Source of the DNA: an uncultured delta proteobacterium
GTDB taxonomy: Bacteria; Desulfobacterota; Binatia; Binatales; Binataceae
Length of the DNA stretch: 64,000 bases
Reading direction: 5' to 3'
Assembly: GCA_963724765.1 (NCBI GenBank)
Contig: CAVRVY010000004.1
Location: 736,001 to 800,000, forward strand
Positions 20,601-27,679 of this stretch are shown piece by piece. The notes below the pieces were generated by a model, which made no database searches, was not told the DNA's origin, and saw only the letters and a program-made list of their open reading frames with translations. The translations under genes and the position numbers were made by a program. Numbering within the stretch: position 1 is the first letter of the stretch; each line of letters starts with the position of its first letter.

Positions 20601-23296
20601 GCGATCAGCGACAAGGCAAGCTTGAGGTCGGCGCCGACGGCGCGCCAATGGCTCCGCGCCGAGATGCCGGGGCGGCGTGGCAGGATACCGGCGAAGATCG
20701 GCAGCAGCGCGGGCACGCCAATGGTCAACACAATGAACGCGCTCCAGAGCACGGCGAGGCGCGGAATCAGCGCCCATCCGGCTACCAGGGCAAGAAACGC
20801 GGCGGGCGCCGAAGTCGTTCGGCGCAGGTTATCGATCATTTTCCAACGGCCGCTCAGCGGAATTGTAATTTGCCGCGAGTCGCCTGTGGACCGTCGCCTG
20901 CGACCGAGTATCCAGGGGAGTAGCTGCCAGTCGCCGCGCGCCCACCGATATTCACGGGCCGCGGCGACATCGTAGCGTGATGGAAACTCCTCGACGACTT
21001 CGATGTCGGAGGCCAAGCCGGCGCGCGCGAAAATCCCTTCGAAAAGGTCGTGACTGAGGAGCGTGTTGTCGGGCACGCGCCCGGCGAGCGCGGCCTCAAA
21101 CGCATCTACATCGTAAATTCCCTTGCCGCTGTAAGAGCCTTCATCCAAAAGATCCTGGTACACGTCGGCGCCCGCGAAGGCATACGGATCGATGCCGCTC
21201 GGGCCTGAGAAGACGCGCTGAAAGATCGATCGCTCGTGATCAGCCGGCAAAGAAGGCGTCACGCGAGGCTGCAGCACCGCGTGTCCCTCGACCACGCGCA
21301 GGCTCTGCGGATCGATCGAGGGGCGATTGAGCGGATGAGCCATCTTGCCGACCAGGCGCCGGGCGGCCCCTCGCGGCAGGCGGGTGTCAGCGTCCAGCGT
21401 GATTACGTAGCGCACGCCCGAGGGCACGGCCGGCAAGCGGCCGCCGAGCGCCACGAAGCTCGTATCGGTCGCACCGCGCAGCAACCGGTTCAGCTCGTGC
21501 AGCTTTCCTCGTTTGCGCTCCCAGCCCATCCATTTGCCTTCTCGCTCATTCCACAGGCGCCTGCGATGAAGCAGGAGAAACCGGTCTCCATCCGGCGCCG
21601 GTCCATGGAGGTGATTCAAACGCGCTATCGCCTGAGTTGCGGCCGCCAGAAGCCGATCGTCACCCTCGCGCTTTTCAGTCGCCGCGTCGGTCCAATCCGA
21701 GAGCAAGGCGAAACGGATGTCGCCGTCCGAGCTCGCCAAATGACGAACTTCCAATCGTTCGATCTGCTCGTCCAAATCCGCGCGCGTCGTAAGGAAGGTG
21801 GGCACGACCACCATCGTCCGCATATCAGCGGGAATCCCGTCGTGTAACTCCAGGGCTGGCAACGGACGCGCCGGGACGCAGCTCGTATACAGGTGATTCG
21901 CAACCGCGACCGCGAGTTCGGTGACCGGCACGAGCGCGAGTAAGACGAGAAGGCTCAGGGTGAAGGCGCCGACATCCGGACCGGCGAGCATCAGTACCAG
22001 CAAGGCAATCGGAAGTGAGCTGGCTATGGCGATAGTCGCAAGATAGCCGATCATTCCCGCGGACAACTCAGCGCGAACGAGCCGATCTTTGATGCCCGGG
22101 CGGAAGCCGATCTGCTTCTCGATGCGAGTGCGGCCTTTGCCGATGAGATAATAACCTGGATCCTGTTCGCGCTGCGCTGCGGCTGCATCGAGGGGCCGGG
22201 TTTCGGACCTGGCGTGCTGGGCCGCAGCGATTGCCAGGCGGGTGATCTCGAGCTCGGAGGTATGCGAGCCGCGCGCGAGCTTCTCGATCGCGTGCCGATA
22301 GCGATCGCGCGTTGGAAAGTCCATTTCCGCGAAACTGCTGTTGGCACGAAGCGTTTCATCAACCAGGCTGATGCTCTCGAATAACTGCTGCCAATCCAGG
22401 GCGGAGATCAGGCGCATGCTGGTGATCACGTTACGGACCGTGACGTTTCGAGCGCCTTGTTCGGAATGCTCCTCTTGCACAATCTGGTCCGCGCTGGTGT
22501 TTTGGGCCGCGAGGCGCTCATCAAGCCACTGAAGCGCCGGCGTTCCGACCGGGTCCTGTTCGCGCAAGCGCTGAACCAACTGTACGGCGAAGGCGGTCGT
22601 CAGCCGGTTCTGACCCAACCGTTGCAATGACGCGTCGACGGTCTCGGCTCGCTTGCTCTCGTTTCTCAGGATCCGATCGGCCAGAGCATCGGCGTCCCTT
22701 CGAGCGATTCCGCTCCTGACGATTTGCTCGGCACAGCGCCGCAGATTTTCAACCAGAACAATTCTGAGCGTGATCGGAACCGCCCACAGTTCGCCGATGG
22801 TCAAAGGCTGCACGCCCTGATACGCGCGAACAAAGCGGCATAGCATCTCCGGGTCGAAGCGGCTGTCGGTATGCGCGATAAACGCCCACGCGAGACCGAA
22901 TACGCGCGGATAACCTTCGAGCGGTCCATCCGCGATTTTCGGCAATTGCCGATAGTAGCCACGAGGAAGATCGGCGCGGATGTTGCGTATCTGCTCTTCG
23001 ACCGCGTGAAAATTGTCGACCAGCCAGTCGGCGGCGGGGGTGATCGCCCGTTCGTCGCGAATAGCCGTGCCGATCGCGCGATACGCCGCCAGCAGAACGC
23101 GGCCATTGTCATCGAGCCGCTTGGTTAAGCGCTCTTCAGTGGCCGGCTTTTCGATGACGCGTTGAGCGACGGCCAGGCTCTTGGCATGTTGTTCCAGACG
23201 CTCGACGCTGAAGAGTTCAGCGCATATAGGATGCTCCGCATCGGCGGCGAAAAGTGGCGGCGCCTTCCTGAAGACGCGAAAGATTGAATTCTTCAA
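14654..23296 (-). CDS. ndvB: cyclic beta-1,2-glucan synthase (Cgs/NdvB/ChvB; GT84 plus C-terminal GH94 phosphorylase)
   Basis: 2880 aa. Contains GWERKRGKL, TLDADT, LLSHDLFEG, RWARGDWQL, TM block, YDLLASEARL, SWSGSMFEY, WGISES, QASGAYGFRDQLQD, GDWNDG, RENGGQYTH and WYTGSAGW. Confidence 0.93.
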   Translation of the reverse strand: MKNSIFRVFRKAPPLFAADAEHPICAELFSVERLEQHAKSLAVAQRVIEKPATEERLTKRLDDNGRVLLAAYRAIGTAIRDERAITPAADWLVDNFHAVEEQIRNIRADLPRGYYRQLPKIADGPLEGYPRVFGLAWAFIAHTDSRFDPEMLCRFVRAYQGVQPLTIGELWAVPITLRIVLVENLRRCAEQIVRSGIARRDADALADRILRNESKRAETVDASLQRLGQNRLTTAFAVQLVQRLREQDPVGTPALQWLDERLAAQNTSADQIVQEEHSEQGARNVTVRNVITSMRLISALDWQQLFESISLVDETLRANSSFAEMDFPTRDRYRHAIEKLARGSHTSELEITRLAIAAAQHARSETRPLDAAAAQREQDPGYYLIGKGRTRIEKQIGFRPGIKDRLVRAELSAGMIGYLATIAIASSLPIALLVLMLAGPDVGAFTLSLLVLLALVPVTELAVAVANHLYTSCVPARPLPALELHDGIPADMRTMVVVPTFLTTRADLDEQIERLEVRHLASSDGDIRFALLSDWTDAATEKREGDDRLLAAATQAIARLNHLHGPAPDGDRFLLLHRRRLWNEREGKWMGWERKRGKLHELNRLLRGATDTSFVALGGRLPAVPSGVRYVITLDADTRLPRGAARRLVGKMAHPLNRPSIDPQSLRVVEGHAVLQPRVTPSLPADHERSIFQRVFSGPSGIDPYAFAGADVYQDLLDEGSYSGKGIYDVDAFEAALAGRVPDNTLLSHDLFEGIFARAGLASDIEVVEEFPSRYDVAAAREYRWARGDWQLLPWILGRRRRSTGDSRQITIPLSGRWKMIDNLRRTTSAPAAFLALVAGWALIPRLAVLWSAFIVLTIGVPALLPIFAGILPRRPGISARSHWRAVGADLKLALSLIAFRITFLAHQAWLMTDAIIRTLFRLLVTHCHMLEWVTAAQSSLSERLDLPGFYRQMAGGILLAVLADGVVEFAGPRVWPVAAPFIVLWLLSPAVARWASLPPSAEGPNPLSETGARALRLVGRRTWRFFETFVTAEDHMLAPDNFQEDPQPVTAHRTSPTNLGLYLLSVIAARDFGWIGTADAVHRLEATLSTMNGLERFRGHFYNWYDTRDLHPLEPKYVSSVDSGNLAGHLIAVRSACREMLASPIAAPVLLAGIDDALQLAREAARALDQPRGRTAPGQELARRELQRALDSLAASFPPPAERCAITRETAQATLAKLAPHAETVVDMARRMATELGDTAVGELLAWAESISSTIRSHQRDIGGLASPAESSEQALQAVIEVAGEMFAAMDFGFLYNATRQLLSIGYCVDQNSLDPNCYDLLASEARLASFVAIAKGDLPVKHWFRLGRDVTVIGGGSALISWSGSMFEYVMPLLVVREPADSLLGHTARAVVRRQIEYGAELDVPWGISESAFNARDLNFTYQYSNFGVPGLGLKRGLGENVVIAPYATGLAAMIDAEAAVRNFSRLAAAGGRGRYGYYEALDYTPARIPEGEKVAIVRAFLAHHQGMTLVAIADTLCQGAMRARFHAEPIIQATELLLQERVPREIAVAFPRADEVKAAGNVRELAVPRMRRFHSPHNPVPCTHLLSNGRYAVMLTAAGSGYSRWRDLAITRWREDVTCDSWGSYVFLRDVHSGQVWSAGYQPSGAEPDRYGVAFSEDRAEITRRDGSVTTKLEVAVSPEADAEVRRVSIANHGIRAREIEVTSYAEVVLDSCAADAAHPAFSKLFVRTEFIPDAGALLATRRPRSPGEPQVWAAHLAVVEGDNAGTLQFETDRARFLGQGRGIREPACLVDRGPLSNTVGDVLDPIFSLRVRMRIAPGATARVAFWTLAASSRTEALDLADKHLDSSAFDRAVTLAWTQAQAQLLHLGVRPEEAHLFQRLASHILYSDPTLRPSSDMLKRSDSPQSKLWALGISGDLPIVLMRTDEAEDIEIVRQLVRAHEYLQMKHLAVDLVIVNESPSSYVQDLHGALETMVRSNQSRSPSTGEGPKGAIFVLSANLLSVETRNLLQYAARVVLVSRRGSLSEQFGRLEASRLIAGPGPRHSPARADELPQPSARRLALEFFNGIGGFAADGHEYVTVLGEKQSTPAPWINVIANPSFGFQVSAAGSGYTWSINSHENQLTQWSNDPVSDRPGEVIYVRDEDSGELWGPTALPIREKSAYVARHGQGYSRFEHNAHGIALELEQFVPLEDPIKISRLKIRNLSGRPRRLSITAYVEWVLGTLRGASASFIVTEVDSPTKALLARNPWSNDFGQRVAFADLAGCQLSWTGDRTKFLGRNGTLGQPAALADGKPLSNRVGAGLDPCGALQTRVELKPGSAAEVVFFLGQADTRAEALSLIGRYRTADLDSVLRAVTDHWDEILGTVQVKTPDRSMDLLLNRWLLYQTLACRLWARSAFYQASGAYGFRDQLQDVMALTVAKPALVREHLLRAAARQFVEGDVQHWWLPALGRGVRTRISDDRVWLPYVAAHYVDVTGDRGILDAPIPFLDGPILHPGENESFFQPMDSEERATLFEHCARALDASLAVGEHGLPLFGTGDWNDGMNRVGELGRGESIWLGWFLYAALVAFSALAVDRGEEVRAATWRKHASSLRESLERHGWDGGWYRRGYFDDGTPLGSSAEAECRIDSIAQSWGIISKAADPARAAAAMAAAAKYLIRRNEKLALLFTPPFSRDAPDPGYIRGYPPGVRENGGQYTHGAVWSVIALTMLGDGDEACELFSMLNPVNHSSTRAGIQRYKVEPYVMSADIYSNPQHVGRGGWTWYTGSAGWMYRAGLEEILGFRLRGATLFIDPCIPRAWPGFEVVFRYHSATYKIVVDNPDRVNRGVSEITLDGIALPGAGGRLLLMDDGATHYVRVAVRSRSEERQVFPEMLIK

Positions 23297-23410
23297 TTGA
23301 GCACGTCGGCTCGAACGATGCGGCTAAGGAGGCGCCGCTTGCGATCGAATGTAAGATTTTCCCGGACATCGCGGGCTCATCCGTGGTTGTGAATTACTGT
23401 AACCTGGGAC

Positions 23411-23920
23411 TTACGCTCCTTTTCCTTGCGGATCCAAATTTGGCGCTTTTCTATGGTTGTCCCAGTCCCCGTCGTTCCCATCGCTGGCGCTGGTCGAGCC
23501 GAGGGTGGAGAGCTGATCTTCCGTCTGCGAGTGGCGTCGCCGAGTCTTGGCGTCGCGCTCCTGATCCTCCTGGCAGTCCCAGCAACGCCGTGTGAAGGGC
23601 ATTGCACTGAGGCGGTCTTCCGCGATCTCGAGTCCGCAGATACCGCATAAGCCATAGCTCCCTTCACCGATTCGCCTGAGTATATCATCTATCTGTTCGA
23701 TTTTGGTTCGCTTGCGCGCCGAGAGTATGGTGCTCAATTCGCGGCCGGCCTCCTCGGATGCGAGGTCGCAGCTATCCAGGCAATCATCTCTATTGCCCTC
23801 CCGCTCAGTCCGAAGCGCCGACTCGTTTTCATCAATCAGCTTGATTTTCATGTTCGTCAGGCGTTCGCACGTTTGCGCGAGAAATTGCTTCCGCCTGGCC
23901 GCTACTACCTTCTTGATCAT
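23411..23920 (-). CDS. TraR/DksA family C4-type zinc finger transcription factor
   Basis: DxxDxA coiled-coil tip (DSCDLA) and YGLCGICG...RL..MP...RCWDCQ zinc finger. Confidence 0.9.
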   Translation of the reverse strand: MIKKVVAARRKQFLAQTCERLTNMKIKLIDENESALRTEREGNRDDCLDSCDLASEEAGRELSTILSARKRTKIEQIDDILRRIGEGSYGLCGICGLEIAEDRLSAMPFTRRCWDCQEDQERDAKTRRRHSQTEDQLSTLGSTSASDGNDGDWDNHRKAPNLDPQGKGA

Positions 23921-24299
23921 GGGAGTTCCTCAAACTTTGGTCGTTGCGCAGGATAATTCGTTCTCTTGCGCACAATTCTAACAGACCGCTGCCGAGAGGA
24001 GAGTCCTGGTTCGACGCGCTATGTTCTCCATGTAACGAAGTCCAACCACATCGCGATGGCCTCCGAAGCTCACATCCAGGTAACCTGAAAATCCGATAGC
24101 TTGCATCGGGGGCGACCAAGCGGAGTACCCCTCTTCTCCAACATTGAGTTTAACGTGGCTGTGACGATCTTCCGCTTGCTGAGCGGTGTTCACCGCGCGA
24201 CAACCGCGAGCAGGCGGCTATCCGAGACTCCCCCTCCTTGGATGTCCGTCGTTTTTTTCGCGAACTCGAACGCTCGTCTTCGCCCAGTTGTTACCCTAA

Positions 24300-24371
24300 C
24301 GTCGAGAAGGCCACGCTGATCAGGATTGGTTAGAGGCGGAGCGTGAGATTCGCAAGGGTGAGTCTCATTAG
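24300..24371 (+). pseudogene. 3' remnant of a DUF2934 small protein
   Basis: Translates RREGHADQDWLEAEREIRKGESH*, matching the DUF2934 C-terminal signature, but an in-frame TAA lies immediately upstream (24297-24299). Confidence 0.6.
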
Positions 24372-24518
24372 TGATAGCGCGCAATCCATGGGCTCCTCCG
24401 GTTTGGTGCTCCATGTATCCAAATCGCCTCGCGGCAGATGGCTTCGGAGCGAACCCCGGAATAGCGTGGAAATGCGACGGAAGAGACGGCGTGTCGAGTT
24501 TCTCGCGATGCTCAATAT

Positions 24519-24550
24519 ATAGTCAGTCGTCGAAAGATGATAGTCAGTCG
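24519..24550 (+). promoter_or_regulatory. 11-bp direct repeat with 21-bp period upstream of the secreted-protein gene
   Basis: ATAGTCAGTCG at 24519-24529 and 24540-24550, ending 33 bp before ATG 24584. Regulatory role is inferred. Confidence 0.45.
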
Positions 24551-24583
24551 AACGAATGTCTCGGAAATGAGGAAGGATAGTCG

Positions 24584-25003
24584 ATGAAAACAATTCTCAG
24601 TGTTCTGGCGGGAGTAATTCTCTCTGGTGCAATTGCGCTTTCCGCTTTCGCCCAAAACGCGAATGACACAGTAGGAATGCGCCAATGGACCAAATCTGAC
24701 GGTACGCAGGTAACGCTGGAAGCGAAACGCGGCAGCGCCAATGTTGACGTCGGCGAATTGCGGGCGTTCCAGAATGCGAAGGGCGCCGATCCGTCGATCG
24801 CCCCACAACTGGCGAAGAATCCGAAACTGATCGCCAGCTCCAGCTACGTCAGACAGCATCCGGAGCTTCGGCACTTCCTGGTACAGTATCCGAACGCGCG
24901 CGAAGACATTCAGCGAAATCCGGGAAACTTCTTGGTGCCCGTGAAAGGATCGACCTGGAACGCATCGGTAGTTGGAAAGACGTCTTCCCCGCAGTCCGAC
25001 TGA
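24584..25003 (+). CDS. secreted hypothetical protein (paralog of 4279..4674)
   Basis: GAGGAAGGA RBS; signal peptide ending AFA-Q; IAxxLAxxPxLI...YxxxHPxLxxF...NPGNF. Confidence 0.78.
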   Translation: MKTILSVLAGVILSGAIALSAFAQNANDTVGMRQWTKSDGTQVTLEAKRGSANVDVGELRAFQNAKGADPSIAPQLAKNPKLIASSSYVRQHPELRHFLVQYPNAREDIQRNPGNFLVPVKGSTWNASVVGKTSSPQSD

Positions 25004-25089
25004 TATCATTAAGTGGCAAGCCGCGATCGAGGACTCCGATCCTCGGTCGCGTTGGAGCCACAGCCGCGGAATTGAGCGCCTGCCTAGAA

Positions 25090-25330
25090 GGTCCGACGTA
25101 GCCTCTATCGGCTCGTGAGTCCGGTATGGGGCGATCTGTTGATGGGCTTCGCTTCCAGTCGCGGTAGTTACGCTGTTGGAATGCAGTTCCTGTCGCAGAT
25201 GCTCCAGGGGATCCGTTTCGATCGAATAGATCTGGATTTCGTAGAAGTCGATCGCGTGGGCTCGCTGCGCCGGTGCGATCAACAGCAGGAGCGCGGCCGC
25301 GAGCAGCGCCGCTTTTCGAAACGATATCAT
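25090..25330 (-). pseudogene. truncated 5' fragment of an exported (probable outer-membrane) protein gene
   Basis: Signal peptide plus IDFYEIQIY...ELHSN...HExxEAT, then the frame runs into unrelated sequence antisense to ORF 24584. The 3' limit is approximate. Confidence 0.55.
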
Positions 25331-25447
25331 GGACCAGGTTTGTGTTATCGTATTTCTGCTTCATTCCGTTATGGAACAAGGAAAGAGCTCGGTGCCGGCG
25401 AAGGCATCGCTTAGAACCAAACGCCGCCGCGCGACGAGGATCCAACC

Positions 25448-26113
25448 GTGAGCCCTGACGAATTCGAACGGCCGCATATCGCGCAAGCCTCCACCGCAAA
25501 GCCTTTGCCGCAGACGCCTTTTCCGCCGCAACCACCCAACGCGCCGGAGGCGGCCGCCACCTGGGCGAGCCGGCTCGAAGCGCTGTTCGTGCGCCGCCTG
25601 CTGGTGGTCGGGGTGCTCGGCTTGATGGTGATGATCGGGCTTTTTCTGTCGAACTATTCGAGCGACCGGGCGCGTTACTACTGGTGCGCGATGTTTCCGA
25701 TCTTCGGTATCGCGTGCCTCGCGCACGAACTGACGTCGGGGCGGGCCTACGAGATCCCGCTCTGGCGAATTCTCGTGCGCCAAGGGCTTCATTGGATCGG
25801 GCCGATAGTCGCGGTGAAGATCCTGTTTATGCAGCACGCACGGGGCCAGATGGCGACCGATGCGGTCGCCTTGACGATCATCCTTCTGCTCGCGGTCACC
25901 TGTTTTCTCGCGGGAGTTCACTTCGACCGCAGCTTTTATTGGGTCAGCGCCTTTCTCGCGCTGGCGGCGGTGATTGGGACCGAGATCGAAACCTATCTAT
26001 GGTTCGTAGTGGTGCTGCTTCTGATCGTGGTCGCGATCGCGGTGCTGTCGGCGGTCCTGCTGCGCCGCGGTTCCAAGGCCGCTGCGGCGCCGGGCCACAT
26101 TTCGACTTCCTGA
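25448..26113 (+). CDS. hypothetical multi-pass membrane protein
   Basis: Pro-rich N-terminus, about six hydrophobic segments, YW..MFPIFG and QxLHW motifs. Confidence 0.75.
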   Translation: MSPDEFERPHIAQASTAKPLPQTPFPPQPPNAPEAAATWASRLEALFVRRLLVVGVLGLMVMIGLFLSNYSSDRARYYWCAMFPIFGIACLAHELTSGRAYEIPLWRILVRQGLHWIGPIVAVKILFMQHARGQMATDAVALTIILLLAVTCFLAGVHFDRSFYWVSAFLALAAVIGTEIETYLWFVVVLLLIVVAIAVLSAVLLRRGSKAAAAPGHISTS

Positions 26114-26123
26114 AAGACCGCAT

Positions 26124-26174
26124 AAAAACGCAGGCGGCGAAGCGCGCCCCAAAGGACCGCGCCTCGCCGCCTGC
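26124..26174 (-). terminator. probable intrinsic terminator between convergent genes
   Basis: gcaggcggcgaagcgcg...cgcgcctcgccgcctgc stem with an adjacent A-run (U-tract on the minus strand). Confidence 0.55.
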
Positions 26175-26232
26175 TGTCTGACAGAGTCGCCGCGCGCACC
26201 GCGTTGCGCGGCGCCGCGCGGGCCTCGCGTCC

Positions 26233-27543
26233 TTACGCCGTCGCCGCCAGGGCCTCCGCATGCGCCACCGGCTCGGGCTTGCCCGAGGCCCCAAGCGGCG
26301 TTGATCCGGGCTTGCGCTCGAACGGATCTTTCAAGCCGAGCTTGTTCGCGTGCTCGCGCAGCGGCGGAATTACCTCCTGCGCGATCAACCTCATGCTTGT
26401 GCGCCGCGCCTCGGTCGATATCGGGCCGTCGTTCTGCCAGAACGCGAAGATGCCCGGCCGCAACACATCGAGGATATGCTTGAGCTTGGGGATTACCGAC
26501 TTCGGAGTGCCGACGATGATCTGGTTATTCTTCTGCGCACTCTCGTAGCCGGCGTAAACCGCCTTGCGCAGCGCCGCGACGTCGACCTCGCCATCCATCG
26601 ACTGGAAGAGCGCGGGGCCGTTGGGATTATTCGGGTCGCTGAACTGGCGCGCCATCCGCCGCGTCGCTTCCTTGGAATTGTATCCCGGCGGGAACATCCA
26701 CTCGCCGCGCGCGAAATGCGAGAGTCCGCCGCCATAGAGATCCATCTTGCCCAACTCCTGCGCCTTCTCCTCGGTCTCCGCAACAAAGACCTTCTGCAGG
26801 TAGCCGAAATTCTCGGTGCCGGCCTGGTAGCCTTCCTTCGCCGCCGCCTGCGTGTACAGGTTCCACATCTCGACCGTCGGCTCGAGATAGGTCGCAAGCG
26901 CGAGGTACGGATACTTGTGCTTGGCGCACCACAGCAGGGTCTCGGGGCTGACCAGTCCGGGGATCCAGATCGGCGGATGCGGCTTCTGGATCGGCAACAC
27001 CCACGGATTCACGAAACGATAGTGGAAATGCTTGCCCTCCCAGCGAAACGGACCGGGACGCGTCCAGGCTGCGATTACCAGGTCATGCGCCTCGTTGAAG
27101 TATTCGCGGTTGTAGGCCGGGTTGGCATTGTTGGCGAGCTGCTCGCTGCCCGCGCCGCGCACCCATCCCGGCACCAGCCGCCCGCCGGAGATCATGTCGA
27201 TCATCGCCAGCTCCTCGGCCAGGCGCAGCGGGTTGGCCACTACCGGCAGCGGATTGCCGAGCAGCACGATGCGGACCTTCTTGGTGATGCGCGCGAGGAT
27301 CGAGGCCTCCATATCCATCACGGCGCCCATGCAGAAGGGCGTGCCATGATGCTCGTTGAGCATCACGCCGTCGAAGCCGAGTTCCTCGGCTATCACTTTG
27401 TCGTCGAGATACTCGTTGAGCAGCTTCGCGCCCTTGACCGGATCGAAAAAGCGATTGGGCACCCCGAAGAAGCTCTGGATTTTCAGAACTTCGTCTTCGG
27501 GAACGTCAAGGTATGGCCGTTCAGTGAAATACATTATGTGCAT
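26233..27543 (-). CDS. LLM-class (luciferase-like) flavin-dependent oxidoreductase
   Basis: GFDGVMLNEHH, NPLRLAEELAMIDMISGGRL, WEGKHF and PIQKPHPPIWIPG. Confidence 0.92.
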   Translation of the reverse strand: MHIMYFTERPYLDVPEDEVLKIQSFFGVPNRFFDPVKGAKLLNEYLDDKVIAEELGFDGVMLNEHHGTPFCMGAVMDMEASILARITKKVRIVLLGNPLPVVANPLRLAEELAMIDMISGGRLVPGWVRGAGSEQLANNANPAYNREYFNEAHDLVIAAWTRPGPFRWEGKHFHYRFVNPWVLPIQKPHPPIWIPGLVSPETLLWCAKHKYPYLALATYLEPTVEMWNLYTQAAAKEGYQAGTENFGYLQKVFVAETEEKAQELGKMDLYGGGLSHFARGEWMFPPGYNSKEATRRMARQFSDPNNPNGPALFQSMDGEVDVAALRKAVYAGYESAQKNNQIIVGTPKSVIPKLKHILDVLRPGIFAFWQNDGPISTEARRTSMRLIAQEVIPPLREHANKLGLKDPFERKPGSTPLGASGKPEPVAHAEALAATA

Positions 27544-27679
27544 ATCAAGCCCTCCGTTTCCGTATTATGAGCTCTCTGCCGCGTCGTGCATTTCCTGACT
27601 GCATTTCCTCGTTTCAATAGCGCTCACGCCGGATCGCAAAGGCGCTCGCGCGAAAGTTCGCGCGGCCGGCCGCGCCGCG

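Noticed and set aside
24512-25090. C-terminal part of the 272-aa ORF 24512..25330 as real protein
   Set aside because: It is antisense to the better-supported secreted-protein gene 24584..25003; only the first ~80 codons look genuine.
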